DNA of 62,047 nucleotides, counting the filler. It is 3 parts of 3 records of this genome, joined end to end, with 100 filler letters (N's around TTAATTAATTAA, not from the genome) between each part and the next. Parts side by side here need not be neighbours in the genome. Positions count along the whole stretch, not along the records: positions 1 to 26,555 come from SRR20825006_2264; 2 more parts are not named here. One strand, written 5' to 3'. A program made the translations under genes and the position numbers. The stretch's first letter is position 1; each line of letters opens with the position of its first letter. Positions 7,890-17,778 of the stretch are shown one piece after another. The notes under the pieces were generated by a model that made no database searches, had not been told where the DNA came from, and saw only the letters and a list, made by a program, of their open reading frames with translations.

Positions 7890-10262
7890 TTAAAATGGTA
7901 CGGTCATCGAAAGCGAAAGGTTCCTGCCAGGTTCTGGAACATCGATGAGCCTATAAAAACTGGTATGATCGTAGTATTCGGTATTGAATACATTGTTTAA
8001 TTTGATGCGTAATTGAGCTGGTTTCCCCTTGCCAAAGAGTTGGATTTTTGTGTTGGCCGAGAGATTGAGCGCTTGGTACCCATCGGTAACCTCTTCTGGA
8101 GGCACAATATCATTTTGGGCGGCTGTTACCCTAAAATCAGCCGTAAGCTGAGGCGATTGCATAAATGCGATATCCTTGAATTGATAGCTGGCCGAGAACA
8201 ATCCCGAGAGCGGAGGCGAAAACGGAATGGTAAAATCTTTTTTGGGTCCGCTGGTCTGTCTGGAATACACATACTCGGCAGACGCATTCAACCGCAGCAT
8301 CGGAGTTACATTGACCCCGGCACGAGCTTCACCGCCAAATCGGAAAACCTTGCTTTGGGTGTACTCGTAAATTTGCAAGGTTTCATAATAATTAGGGGTT
8401 GGGTTCAGGTAAATGAAATTCTCAAAGAAATTCACGAATGGACTTATCCCAATGTTGAATTTTGAAGTGGAATGATCAATATCGATATCTAACTGATAGG
8501 ATTGCTCAGGATCAAGGTTCATATTTCCCCTCTCGTATCGGTACATATGGTAGTTTACCCCATCAGAGGCCAGTTCGTTGGCCAAGGGCATTCTAAAACT
8601 CTTGCCAAGGTTTATTTTAAATGTGGTATTTTGATGGATGTAACTCAATCCAAAGGAACCGCTCAGGTTACCAAATTCAAGGCTCTTGCCTTGTGAGCGT
8701 TGCAAATACATATAAGAGGTTGAGCCATCGGGGTTGTTGATTGGTGTTTGGAACCAATCAAAATGAGCCTTGGTCTCCATCAGGCCTGCATCATAACGTA
8801 GCCCACCTTGAAGGTGGAAATTCTCATTTATCTTAAAATGATCGTAAACAAAAACTCCTGCGGAGTATCTGTTGTATGCTGGGATCAAGAAACCCCAACC
8901 ACCAATATTGTTGTTCTGTAATTCGGTGTTTATTCCAAGAACTACATTGTGCTTGTCATTGGGGCTAAAGGTATCTTTAAGGTTTAGGGAGTATGTATTT
9001 TTAGTGAATATCCGTTCTCTGCTATTGGAGGGAGTTGGCATGTATCCATGTGGTACGGGTTCCGAATTTTCATCCCGTTGGTTGTTTTGATAGCCGAAAT
9101 CAAGCTCCAAAATATGTTGGTCCAAATACAGGGTGGTGTTGTTGGTTACCTTAAAATGGTTCACACGATGATAAGGAAGGTCTACATCACGGTTAGAACT
9201 GTCATAATCAATGTTGGAGGAGCGAACTTCAAGACCATGGGCGTTGGCAAAAAAACCGTTCTTGGCATTGACATTGCTAAAAAAGGTTTCAGATTTTATC
9301 TTATCGGAGATGTAACCAATACTAAAACTGGTATTGATCTCTTCGCCCGCAGTATTTCTGAGGTTGTTCTCGTGAAGCTCAAAAATGTAGTTTTCATAGT
9401 TGATCCTGTCCGTGGGAACTTTATAATCGGCATAATCCCTATAGGTTAAACGACCTCTGTAGAACCAATGCTGCTTTCGTCCCTGTACACCGGTAGATAT
9501 GCCGATCAGGTCGTTGTTGGTCTCTCCCAATATATTAACTTCTCCACTGAACGAATTCGGCAATGGGACTTTGGAGGGTTGAATGTCCACGACCCCTGCA
9601 ATGGCATCCGAACCGTAGACCAGCGAAGCAGGGCCTTTTACAATTTGTATACTTTCTATTCCGTATTGGTCAATCTCAAGGCCATGATCATTGCCCCATT
9701 GTTGCGCTTCGTGCTTAATACCGTTCTGGACCACACTGACCCGGTTGAAGCCCAAACCACGGATTACAGGTTTTGATTGTCCAGAACCAATGGTTATAGT
9801 GCTCACCCCGGGAATCTTTTTTAGGGTCTGCATTAAGCTGTTTTCCCGATTCTTGTTCAGGAATTCTTCATCCACCCCAACAGTTATGGTGGAGAGTTCT
9901 TGAGTTTTTCGTTTTTCCGTTTTTCCAAGAAGTTCCACGCCATCCAAATTTGTGATGGATTCCTTTAATCGGATGGTCAGTCCTTTGACATCGTTTTGAC
10001 CTATTTCCACGGTAAAATGTTCATGGCCGTACCCGATATGGGTAATTTCAAAGCGGTGTTTTCCAGCGGGAACGTTTTTTATGACGAACTCGCCATTGTC
10101 CGCAGAAATTGCATATAAATCTTTTCCGATTATGTTTACTCCAGCTATGGGTGCCGAAGTATTTGCATCCACTACAATACCTTTTAAAGTGTGGTATTCT
10201 TGAGCGGATGCCGAAACGCACAGACCGATGAACAGCCATGCGAATAGCATATGTTTAATCAT
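7890..10262 (-). CDS. TonB-dependent receptor, probably for metal uptake
   Basis: Signal peptide, carboxypeptidase-regulatory-like N-domain, plug motif KPVIRGL...QQWGNDHG...IVKGPASLVYGSDAIAGVV, C-terminal PGRNLSLSMTVPF. Confidence 0.9.
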   Translation of the reverse strand: MIKHMLFAWLFIGLCVSASAQEYHTLKGIVVDANTSAPIAGVNIIGKDLYAISADNGEFVIKNVPAGKHRFEITHIGYGHEHFTVEIGQNDVKGLTIRLKESITNLDGVELLGKTEKRKTQELSTITVGVDEEFLNKNRENSLMQTLKKIPGVSTITIGSGQSKPVIRGLGFNRVSVVQNGIKHEAQQWGNDHGLEIDQYGIESIQIVKGPASLVYGSDAIAGVVDIQPSKVPLPNSFSGEVNILGETNNDLIGISTGVQGRKQHWFYRGRLTYRDYADYKVPTDRINYENYIFELHENNLRNTAGEEINTSFSIGYISDKIKSETFFSNVNAKNGFFANAHGLEVRSSNIDYDSSNRDVDLPYHRVNHFKVTNNTTLYLDQHILELDFGYQNNQRDENSEPVPHGYMPTPSNSRERIFTKNTYSLNLKDTFSPNDKHNVVLGINTELQNNNIGGWGFLIPAYNRYSAGVFVYDHFKINENFHLQGGLRYDAGLMETKAHFDWFQTPINNPDGSTSYMYLQRSQGKSLEFGNLSGSFGLSYIHQNTTFKINLGKSFRMPLANELASDGVNYHMYRYERGNMNLDPEQSYQLDIDIDHSTSKFNIGISPFVNFFENFIYLNPTPNYYETLQIYEYTQSKVFRFGGEARAGVNVTPMLRLNASAEYVYSRQTSGPKKDFTIPFSPPLSGLFSASYQFKDIAFMQSPQLTADFRVTAAQNDIVPPEEVTDGYQALNLSANTKIQLFGKGKPAQLRIKLNNVFNTEYYDHTSFYRLIDVPEPGRNLSLSMTVPF

Positions 10263-10479
10263 TTTAGGGAATACTATGGGATTCTCAAATTGCCTCCAGA
10301 GAGGAAGCTTCTAGACTATTCCCCCATTGCATTATTTCAGAAAAGTTTGAATGAATCCATCAATGGACAGTTGATAAAGCTATGCGATTACAGCATGCTT
10401 TTGTACATATTGAATACAGTCAAATTTCTTTAGTCCTTAAAAAAGACCAAGACTTTTTGTTGAAAAAATGAATGGGTTT

Positions 10480-10788
10480 TTAGATTGTTGGCGGAGGCCT
10501 CGAGAAGAGCTGGCTTGTTGTCAAGGTGCCAGAAACCTGAAAATCGTACTTGGAATCAATGTTCTGTTGAACAGCTATTTCAATTTGCTCGGAAATAGGT
10601 TCATGAGAATCGGTTAAAATACCAGGCGTATGAGTATCGGAGGCGATATTGTGACAAATGGCACAATGATCTAAATACCCTTCCGTGTCGTCGTGGTGGG
10701 TAAGCACATGGAGCCCAACAAGCTTCGTTGCCAAAAACAGGGCAAGAAACGCAAAGGTGATGCTATTTAAAAAACGACTGTTTTTCAT
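10480..10788 (-). CDS. Small leader-type protein with a hydrophobic N-terminus, His/CxxC motif and C-terminal RPPP (DUF2946/CruR-like)
   Basis: TM/signal segment, HVLTHH, DHCAICH, ends FSRPPPTI; lies 217 nt upstream of the TonB receptor on the same strand. Confidence 0.75.
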   Translation of the reverse strand: MKNSRFLNSITFAFLALFLATKLVGLHVLTHHDDTEGYLDHCAICHNIASDTHTPGILTDSHEPISEQIEIAVQQNIDSKYDFQVSGTLTTSQLFSRPPPTI

Positions 10789-10795
10789 TCAAGAA

Positions 10796-10824
10796 CAAAT
10801 CTATTAAAAAACATTGTTATGCAA
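10796..10824 (-). promoter_or_regulatory. Bacteroidota sigma-70 promoter TTG-N18-TAGATTTG for the leader ORF/TonB receptor operon
   Basis: Minus strand TTG at 10824-10822 and TAGATTTG at 10803-10796, 7 nt before the ATG at 10788. Confidence 0.6.
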
Positions 10825-11103
10825 GGGTAATTTCCTTAATGTCCATATTTTTTTAGCATTTCCTTAATAGTGAATGTTAATTTTGTCAATTGTGAAAGTA
10901 TATATAGAGATTCAATAAAATTGGCAATTGAAGAGGTGTATTTCTTTTTGGATTTATAATTAAAGTAGGATATTTTTTCCATCATTAAAGTGCCATTTCA
11001 CAACAAAACCATCTTGCCATACAACATAACTTCTCCAATCTACCCTGTTCTTGATAAGTTTGGGTATGCCTTACTACGTAAGGAACACCTCATCATCCAA
11101 ACT

Positions 11104-14100
11104 ATGAACAAACCCCAATCCTCCCTAATTTTTAGGTGTTTTTTAGTGTTGACCCTTCTTGGTATAGCTTCGGTTCAAGTGGGATATGCACAGGATTGTG
11201 TTGTTATCGCAGGACCCAATCAGGTCGTTTCACAGGTCAATGCCGTTTTGATGGATGCCAATGCCGCACCAGTTGACGGTTTGGGAACTTGGAGCCGTTT
11301 ATCTGGCCCATCTTCGGTAATCATTGCTGATGTAAATGACCCCCAAACCCAATTATTGGATTTGGTGCCGGGAGATTACATTTTTGAATGGACCGTTTCC
11401 GGTTCTAGTTGTGATGAAGCATCAGACTTGATCGGTATTACAGTACAGGGTATAGATCTGGAAATGGAAATTGTGGCAAGCAATACCGAACCTGATATTG
11501 GCGAAGTGGTAACTTTCACTGTAAACATGAGCAATTTTGGAGATATCGATGCAACAAATGTTGTGGTAGAATATTTTGTGCCCTCTGGATATTCCAATAT
11601 TGCCGCAATCGATAATGCCGGTTCTGTAGATGGTTCACAGAAAATCACATGGTTTGGATTTGATGTGCCAGTAGGGAGCAATACAGTTTCTTTAAGCTTT
11701 AATGCCACGGTACTTACCCCTACAGGGTCCAATGGAGAGTACACTCATGTGGCTGAAGTGATCTATGCCGATCAAATTGATGAGGATAGTACTGCGAACA
11801 ATGACGATGGTGACCAGAGCGAAGATGATGAGGATAACATTGATGCCGCTCCGGTTCAAGCTGATCTATCTCTTAGTAAATCCGTAGTAGGAGGGAACAT
11901 GTCCCCTTATGTGGACTCACAAACCAGTTTTGAGATATCCGTAACCAACAACGGACCTCATGATGCCACCAATGTCCAGGTTCAAGACCAATTGATGTCA
12001 GGGTTCAGTTTTGATTCTTATTCGTCGACATCGGGGACCTATGATCCCATCACGGGAATTTGGGAAATAGGAACTGTGGGCAATGCAACTACGGAAACAC
12101 TTACCGTTGTAGTTGATATAAATGCCTCGGGAAATTATACAAATACAGCACAAATAATCGCTTCGGATGCTTTTGATATTGATTCAACACCCAACAACAA
12201 TATTCCGGCCGAGGACGATCAAGATGAAATTATTCTGACGCCAGAGCCGGTAATTGACCTCTCATTGACCAAAACTATTGATAAATCACCGCCTTTGGTA
12301 AGCGACAATGTAAGGTTTACCCTAACGGTGGCCAACGACGGTCCCAGTGGAGCAACTTCTGTAGAGGTATTGGATCTATTGCCCTCTGGATATACCTATG
12401 TTTCTGACGATGGTGGAGGTGCTTACGATGAAGTTACTGGTGTTTGGAATGTGGGTTCGGTTGCAAGCGGTGACTCAACCAGTTTAAGTATCCTTTGCAA
12501 CGTAAACGCTTCTGGAGATTATGATAACATGGCAGAAATTATAGCTCATGATCAAACGGATATGGATTCAACTCCGAACAACAATGTCCCTGGTGAAGAC
12601 GATCAAGATGGTGTATCGGTGATACCGGTACCATTGGTGGATATATCCGTTGCCAAAACGGTAGACCAAGTCATCCCGGAAGTGGGAGAGGAGATACTTT
12701 TTATGGTCACGGTTCAGAATGATGGTCCAAGTGATGCCACCAATATTGTGGTCACGGATGTTTTGTCCACTGGTTATCAATTGGTGAGTTCCAACCCTTC
12801 CATTGGAACTTATAATTCTACCAACGGCTCATGGGTTGTGGGTGATTTGGCCGACGGAGCTTCTGAAACTTTGGAAATTACCGTAGAGGTTCTGCCAACA
12901 GGAAATTATTCCAATACCGCCGAATTGACCAATGTCTCGGAAATGGATGTGGATTCCAGCCCAAACAACAACAACGAGTCGGAAGATGACCAGCAGACCA
13001 TTGAACCCATAGTTATTCCAGTGGCCGATTTGCTATTGCAAAAATCTGTTAATGTTCTGAGTCCGTATGTGGGTCAAGATGTGATCTTTACCATCAACAT
13101 TACCAATTTGGGCCCAAGTGAAGCCACAGGGGTCGCAGTAATGGATTTGCTGCCTGATGGATATACCTATGTTTCCCACGGAACCACGGCAGGCATCTAC
13201 AATGAAAGCTCGGGAATGTGGAATCTTAATGGAACCTTGGAAGATACAAGTACAGAAACCCTTACCATTGTGGCCACGGTGAACAACACAGGGGATTACT
13301 TCAACGTTACGGAGGTTTTTTCTTCCGATCAGTACGATCCCAATTCCATACCCAACAATAACAGCATTTTTGAGAATGATCAAGACAATGCCGGGACCAC
13401 TCCCGTTCCTTCTGCTGATTTAAACTTGAATGTGAGTGTGGACAACGCAACTCCGGACGTAGGTTCAGAGGTTATTTTTACCATCACACTGACCAATGAA
13501 GGGCCAAGTGATGCCATCGGAATTGTTGTGGAAAACACGTTACCGGATGGATTTACCTATGTTTCCGATAATTCAGGGGGACTGTTTAATCCATCAAACG
13601 GAATTTGGAGCGTGGGCAATCTGGCTTTGGAGTCACAGATAGAGCTTCAAATAATTGCCGAAGTAAATCCTTCGGGTGATTATACAGCGAGTACCGAGTT
13701 GATCAATGCCATTTTTTTCGATATAGATTCAACGCCTGGCAACAATGCACTTTCAGAAGATGATCAGGATGAACAAACGGTCGTGCCAAGACATGTTGCC
13801 GATATTTCCGTTTTCAAAACTGTAAGCGATATGAACCCAGAAGTTGGGGAGGAAATCATTTTTACTGTTGAGGTGAACAATGATGGGCCGAACGATGCTT
13901 TTGGATTGATCATTGAAGATGAGTTGAGGAACGGTTACCAATTTGTTTCGGCAACCACATCGGCCGGAAATTATGATGAAATTGCTGGTACATGGGATTT
14001 ACCATCTTTAACAAACGCCTCGATCGAAACATTGGAGATACGGGCAATTGTACTTGCTAGTGGTGAATATCGGAATAGGGCCGAACTGATTGCTTTGGAT

Positions 14101-15249
14101 ACTTTTGACCCTGATTCCACACCCAACAATAACTTAGGCTCCGAAGACGATCAATCAACAGTGACACCTATTCCAGAAGGCTTGAGCGATTTGTCGCTTT
14201 CCAAAACCGTGGACAACACAAACCCCAACGTTGGTGATGTGGTTCGCTTTGTGCTGAGCGTTACCAATAATGGCCCGTCCGATGCCAGAAATGTAGAAGT
14301 AACCGATATGCTTCCAATGGGTTACACATACCAGTCACACACCTCCACTGCTGGAATATACAATCAGGCTACCGGAATTTGGCGCATAAACAGGACCATT
14401 CTGAATCTGGAAACTGAAAGTTTAGAGATTTTGGCCGTTGTAAATGCGCCAACAAGTGCAGAAGACGAATATTTGAACGAGGCTTTTGTTTCTTCAAGTT
14501 TATATCCTGACCCTGATAGCTACCCATCAACCGGAATCGGGGAAGATGATTTTGCCGACAGTATTGCGGACGATGACGAGGCATCAGCTTTTGTAGTGCC
14601 TCAAACCACGGATATTGCCATTACAAAAAGCGTAAACAATGTAATGCCCAATATAGGGGATGAGGTTGTTTTTGAAATAACGGTGATCAATCAAGGTCTG
14701 GATGATGCCACATATATCGGCATACAGGAAGAATTGCCCTTGGGCTATCAATTCATCAGTTCGGAAACTACAGTAGGAAATTATGATGCTGAATCTTCAT
14801 TTTGGGAAATTGAATCCCTTGCGGTTACCGAAACAGCAACCCTATTGCTTACTGTTGAGGTTATGGATATTGATGATTATGTGAATAGGGCAAGCCTTGT
14901 CTTTGTAGATCAGTGGGACACCAATGAGATCAATAATGAAGCAGAGGCGTTTGTAGATCCAAGTTGTCTTGTTGTTTACAACGAGTTTTCCCCTAACGGA
15001 GATGGGGTCAACGATTATTTTAAGATTGATTGCTTAGGCCATTACCCGAATAATACGCTTCAGGTTTATAATCGTTGGGGAAACATCGTTTTCCAGACAA
15101 AATCCTATAAAAATGATTGGGATGGTACGCCAAACGGACGCGCTATGGTACAGCCCGAGGACCAGTTGCCCGTGGGTACCTATTATTATGTATTGGATTT
15201 AGGGGATGGTTCGGAGCCAAGAACGGACTGGTTGTATTTAAACAGATAA
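11104..15249 (+). CDS. Large T9SS type-B substrate: PKD-like domain, 9 DUF11 repeats and a gliding-motility-associated C-terminal domain (ORF track start 10990; ATG 11104 fits the signal peptide better)
   Basis: Nine ~130-aa repeats DLxxxKxV...NxGPxxA...DxLPxG...W. CTD FSPNGDGVND...YNRWG...YKNDWDG...GTYYY. Adjacent PorP/SprF gene. Confidence 0.9.
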   Translation: MNKPQSSLIFRCFLVLTLLGIASVQVGYAQDCVVIAGPNQVVSQVNAVLMDANAAPVDGLGTWSRLSGPSSVIIADVNDPQTQLLDLVPGDYIFEWTVSGSSCDEASDLIGITVQGIDLEMEIVASNTEPDIGEVVTFTVNMSNFGDIDATNVVVEYFVPSGYSNIAAIDNAGSVDGSQKITWFGFDVPVGSNTVSLSFNATVLTPTGSNGEYTHVAEVIYADQIDEDSTANNDDGDQSEDDEDNIDAAPVQADLSLSKSVVGGNMSPYVDSQTSFEISVTNNGPHDATNVQVQDQLMSGFSFDSYSSTSGTYDPITGIWEIGTVGNATTETLTVVVDINASGNYTNTAQIIASDAFDIDSTPNNNIPAEDDQDEIILTPEPVIDLSLTKTIDKSPPLVSDNVRFTLTVANDGPSGATSVEVLDLLPSGYTYVSDDGGGAYDEVTGVWNVGSVASGDSTSLSILCNVNASGDYDNMAEIIAHDQTDMDSTPNNNVPGEDDQDGVSVIPVPLVDISVAKTVDQVIPEVGEEILFMVTVQNDGPSDATNIVVTDVLSTGYQLVSSNPSIGTYNSTNGSWVVGDLADGASETLEITVEVLPTGNYSNTAELTNVSEMDVDSSPNNNNESEDDQQTIEPIVIPVADLLLQKSVNVLSPYVGQDVIFTINITNLGPSEATGVAVMDLLPDGYTYVSHGTTAGIYNESSGMWNLNGTLEDTSTETLTIVATVNNTGDYFNVTEVFSSDQYDPNSIPNNNSIFENDQDNAGTTPVPSADLNLNVSVDNATPDVGSEVIFTITLTNEGPSDAIGIVVENTLPDGFTYVSDNSGGLFNPSNGIWSVGNLALESQIELQIIAEVNPSGDYTASTELINAIFFDIDSTPGNNALSEDDQDEQTVVPRHVADISVFKTVSDMNPEVGEEIIFTVEVNNDGPNDAFGLIIEDELRNGYQFVSATTSAGNYDEIAGTWDLPSLTNASIETLEIRAIVLASGEYRNRAELIALDTFDPDSTPNNNLGSEDDQSTVTPIPEGLSDLSLSKTVDNTNPNVGDVVRFVLSVTNNGPSDARNVEVTDMLPMGYTYQSHTSTAGIYNQATGIWRINRTILNLETESLEILAVVNAPTSAEDEYLNEAFVSSSLYPDPDSYPSTGIGEDDFADSIADDDEASAFVVPQTTDIAITKSVNNVMPNIGDEVVFEITVINQGLDDATYIGIQEELPLGYQFISSETTVGNYDAESSFWEIESLAVTETATLLLTVEVMDIDDYVNRASLVFVDQWDTNEINNEAEAFVDPSCLVVYNEFSPNGDGVNDYFKIDCLGHYPNNTLQVYNRWGNIVFQTKSYKNDWDGTPNGRAMVQPEDQLPVGTYYYVLDLGDGSEPRTDWLYLNR

Positions 15250-15252
15250 AGA

Positions 15253-16194
15253 ATGGAGTTGGTTTCATCGAAATATAAAATAATCGGAGGTAAGCATGTA
15301 CTTGTGCTACTGCTTGTCCTATGCTCCATTTTTGGTTATTCTCAGCAAGACCCGCAGTTTACGCAATACATGTACAACACTATGAGTGTCAATCCCGCAT
15401 TTGCTGGCAATAACGGGCATTTAACCGCCTTGTTGTTGCACCGGTCGCAATGGGTGGGGGTAAATGGTGCTCCCAATACGCAGGTGTTGGCGGTAGATAC
15501 ACCTTTAGAAAATAAACTTGGGGTAGGAGGAATCATATCGCGCGATGCCTTGGGTCCCTCATCCGAAATATCATTGGACGGAAACGTTTCGTATACCATT
15601 CAGTTGGATAGTGCCCATAGCAAACTATCCTTTGGTATGAAGCTCGGCGGGCGTATTTTTGATGTAGATTTTTCCAAGGGACTTACCGAAGATTCCGATG
15701 TGGCTTTCCAGAATAACATCAAGAGCAAGTTTTTCCCCACCATTGGAGCAGGACTTTATTATGATACAAAAAAGGGGTATTTGGGCTTTGCCATACCCAA
15801 CTTTTTTTCGCAGAAGCATTATGATGGCGAGGAACAGGAAATCGCTGCAGAACGCTTGCACTATTATTTTATCGGAGGAAAAGTGGTGGATTTGACCCCA
15901 GATGTGAAACTAAAGCCAGCTTTCTTCGTAAAGTGGGTGCCCGGTGCTCCGATTATTGCCGATTTATCGGTGAATGCTATGCTCAGGGAAACCTTCACTT
16001 TTGGATTGGCCTACCGTTGGGACGATTCATTTTCCACATTGTTGGGAATGCAGATCAATCCAAACTTTAGTGCTGGGTATGCTTATGATCTTACCACTTC
16101 AAACTTGGCCAGCTATACGGGCGGTTCCCACGAATTATTTGTGCGATATGAGTTTAAATCTTCCCAAAAACAAAAGGAGGAGCCTACATTTTAG
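15253..16194 (+). CDS. PorP/SprF-family T9SS outer-membrane beta-barrel
   Basis: QQDPQFTQYMYN...NPAFAG, RSQWVG..GAP, GYAYD, GSHE; directly follows a type-B CTD gene. Confidence 0.92.
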   Translation: MELVSSKYKIIGGKHVLVLLLVLCSIFGYSQQDPQFTQYMYNTMSVNPAFAGNNGHLTALLLHRSQWVGVNGAPNTQVLAVDTPLENKLGVGGIISRDALGPSSEISLDGNVSYTIQLDSAHSKLSFGMKLGGRIFDVDFSKGLTEDSDVAFQNNIKSKFFPTIGAGLYYDTKKGYLGFAIPNFFSQKHYDGEEQEIAAERLHYYFIGGKVVDLTPDVKLKPAFFVKWVPGAPIIADLSVNAMLRETFTFGLAYRWDDSFSTLLGMQINPNFSAGYAYDLTTSNLASYTGGSHELFVRYEFKSSQKQKEEPTF

Positions 16195-16263
16195 ATAAGG
16201 TTAGGCTTGGCCCGAAAATAGTGGTTAACTTTACAACGATAATCGCTTATAAATCGATATGCT

Positions 16264-16845
16264 ATGGAAAGGAATGAGCTGTATCCCGTTTTTTTGAAGG
16301 TAAACAACTTAAATGTACTCATTGTTGGGGGTGGAAATGTTGGATTGGAAAAACTGACTTTTTTATTGAAGTCAAGTCCCAATGCGCAGGTACAAATGGT
16401 TGCACCTGAATTTTTGCCTGAAACATTAAAGTTGGCGGGTAATCATAATGTAGAGATTACAAAAGATGTTTATCAAGAAAAGTATCTGGAAGGAAAGCAT
16501 ATGGTCGTGGCCTGTACGGATAAACCCGAAGTGAACGAGCAGGTGTACCACGATTGCAGAAAGTTGAGCAAATTGGTAAATGTGGCGGATAATCCACCGT
16601 TCTGTGATTTTTATATGGGCGGTATTGTTACCAAGGGAAATGTAAAGGTGGCCATTTCGACTAACGGACAATCCCCGACAACGGCAAAAAGATTGAGACA
16701 GTTCTTTGAGGACGTGCTCCCAGAAAACATTGATGACTTGGTCAAGAACTTGAACGAATACCGAAAAACCCTTAAGGGTGATTTTGAACAAAAGGTCGAG
16801 GCATTGAACGAGTTTACCAAAGGCTTGGTCAACAAGAAAGGTTGA
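16264..16845 (+). CDS. Precorrin-2 dehydrogenase/sirohydrochlorin ferrochelatase (CysG N-terminal/SirC-like)
   Basis: LYPVFL, VGGGNVG, VNVADNPPFCDF, AISTNGQSP. Confidence 0.9.
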   Translation: MERNELYPVFLKVNNLNVLIVGGGNVGLEKLTFLLKSSPNAQVQMVAPEFLPETLKLAGNHNVEITKDVYQEKYLEGKHMVVACTDKPEVNEQVYHDCRKLSKLVNVADNPPFCDFYMGGIVTKGNVKVAISTNGQSPTTAKRLRQFFEDVLPENIDDLVKNLNEYRKTLKGDFEQKVEALNEFTKGLVNKKG

Positions 16846-16850
16846 TAAGG

Positions 16851-17314
16851 CTATAAACGTTTCATCGCCTCTATCAAATCATCTCTTTTTCTTGGTGAAA
16901 TATTCACCTGCATATCACTGCTCATGATAAGGTGCCCTCCATCAGATTTAACATATTTCTTTACCTTTTTTAAGTTGATAAGGAAACTGTTGTGTACCCG
17001 CATAAAGTTGTGTTCTGAAAGTAGCATTTCGTATTCCTTTAGATGCTTGCTCACCAAGAGCATACTTTGATCTTGCAACATAAAACAAGTGTACGAGCCA
17101 TCCGCTTTGCAGGCCACTATGTCATCTAAGGCAATAAACTCCATTCCAGCCGTGGGGTGGCCAAGCAAATTTTTTCGGGACGTACTTTTCCGCGAGAAAT
17201 GCTTTGCATTAATATATCTAACTGTTCTCTGTAAACATTGGTGTCCATTCGGTTTCTTGCCTTTTCCACCGCTTGCTGAAGTTCGTCCAAATCTATAGGT
17301 TTTAGTAAATGCAT
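16851..17314 (-). pseudogene. Truncated, frameshifted LytTR-family response regulator
   Basis: The receiver tail (LLKPIDLDELQQAVEKA...KICLAT) is in ORF 17126-17314. The LytTR domain (ADGSYT, VSKHLKEYE, FMRVHNSFLINL) is in another frame. The shift is at the GGGG run near 17154-17157, and the receiver N-terminus is absent. Confidence 0.75.
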
Positions 17315-17725
17315 GAATGCGGGTTTTGAATTGACGGATGGGCCAGTTGAGTTTATCTAGGTTTTTTTGAAGCCCCTTTTTTTGCCGAAATATGAGATCT
17401 TGATGGTTATCTGAACAAGCCAATAATTCTCTGGATTGATAAATTAGGGAGAAGGGGTAGGTTCCAAATAAAAAAACCATTACAACCAAGGAACTTTTGT
17501 AGTTCCTTGGCGTAACGGAAACCTCAACTAAACTAAACACTTTTTTGACCAACAGTCGCCAAAAGTGAATTGCTATCTGTGCATGCGTTATATTGATCTT
17601 GCTTATCAATATGCATGCAGGACAAACATAGAATCAATAAATGAGATTTTAGGGCCCCAATTAACGGATGCCCCTTTTTAAACCAATGAATGGCCCATTT
17701 GAATTGGTGGGTGAAAATTTGACAT

Positions 17726-17749
17726 AAAAAAACAGCCCTTTTGGGCTGT
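17726..17749 (-). terminator. Intrinsic terminator downstream of the YegP-family gene
   Basis: ACAGCCC-N4-GGGCTGT stem followed by a T-tract on the minus strand. Confidence 0.75.
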
Positions 17750-17778
17750 CTTATTCGATGTGAAATGATACCAGTTTT

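Noticed and set aside
11455-14960. Repeats as a CRISPR array or DGR template/variable pair
   Set aside because: They are degenerate in-frame ~390-nt protein domain repeats; there are no cas or reverse transcriptase genes in the window.
17315-17609. N-terminal extension of the 252-aa ORF 16851-17609 as a novel sensor domain
   Set aside because: The true upstream LytTR-regulator sequence lies in another frame, and this extension does not look like protein.
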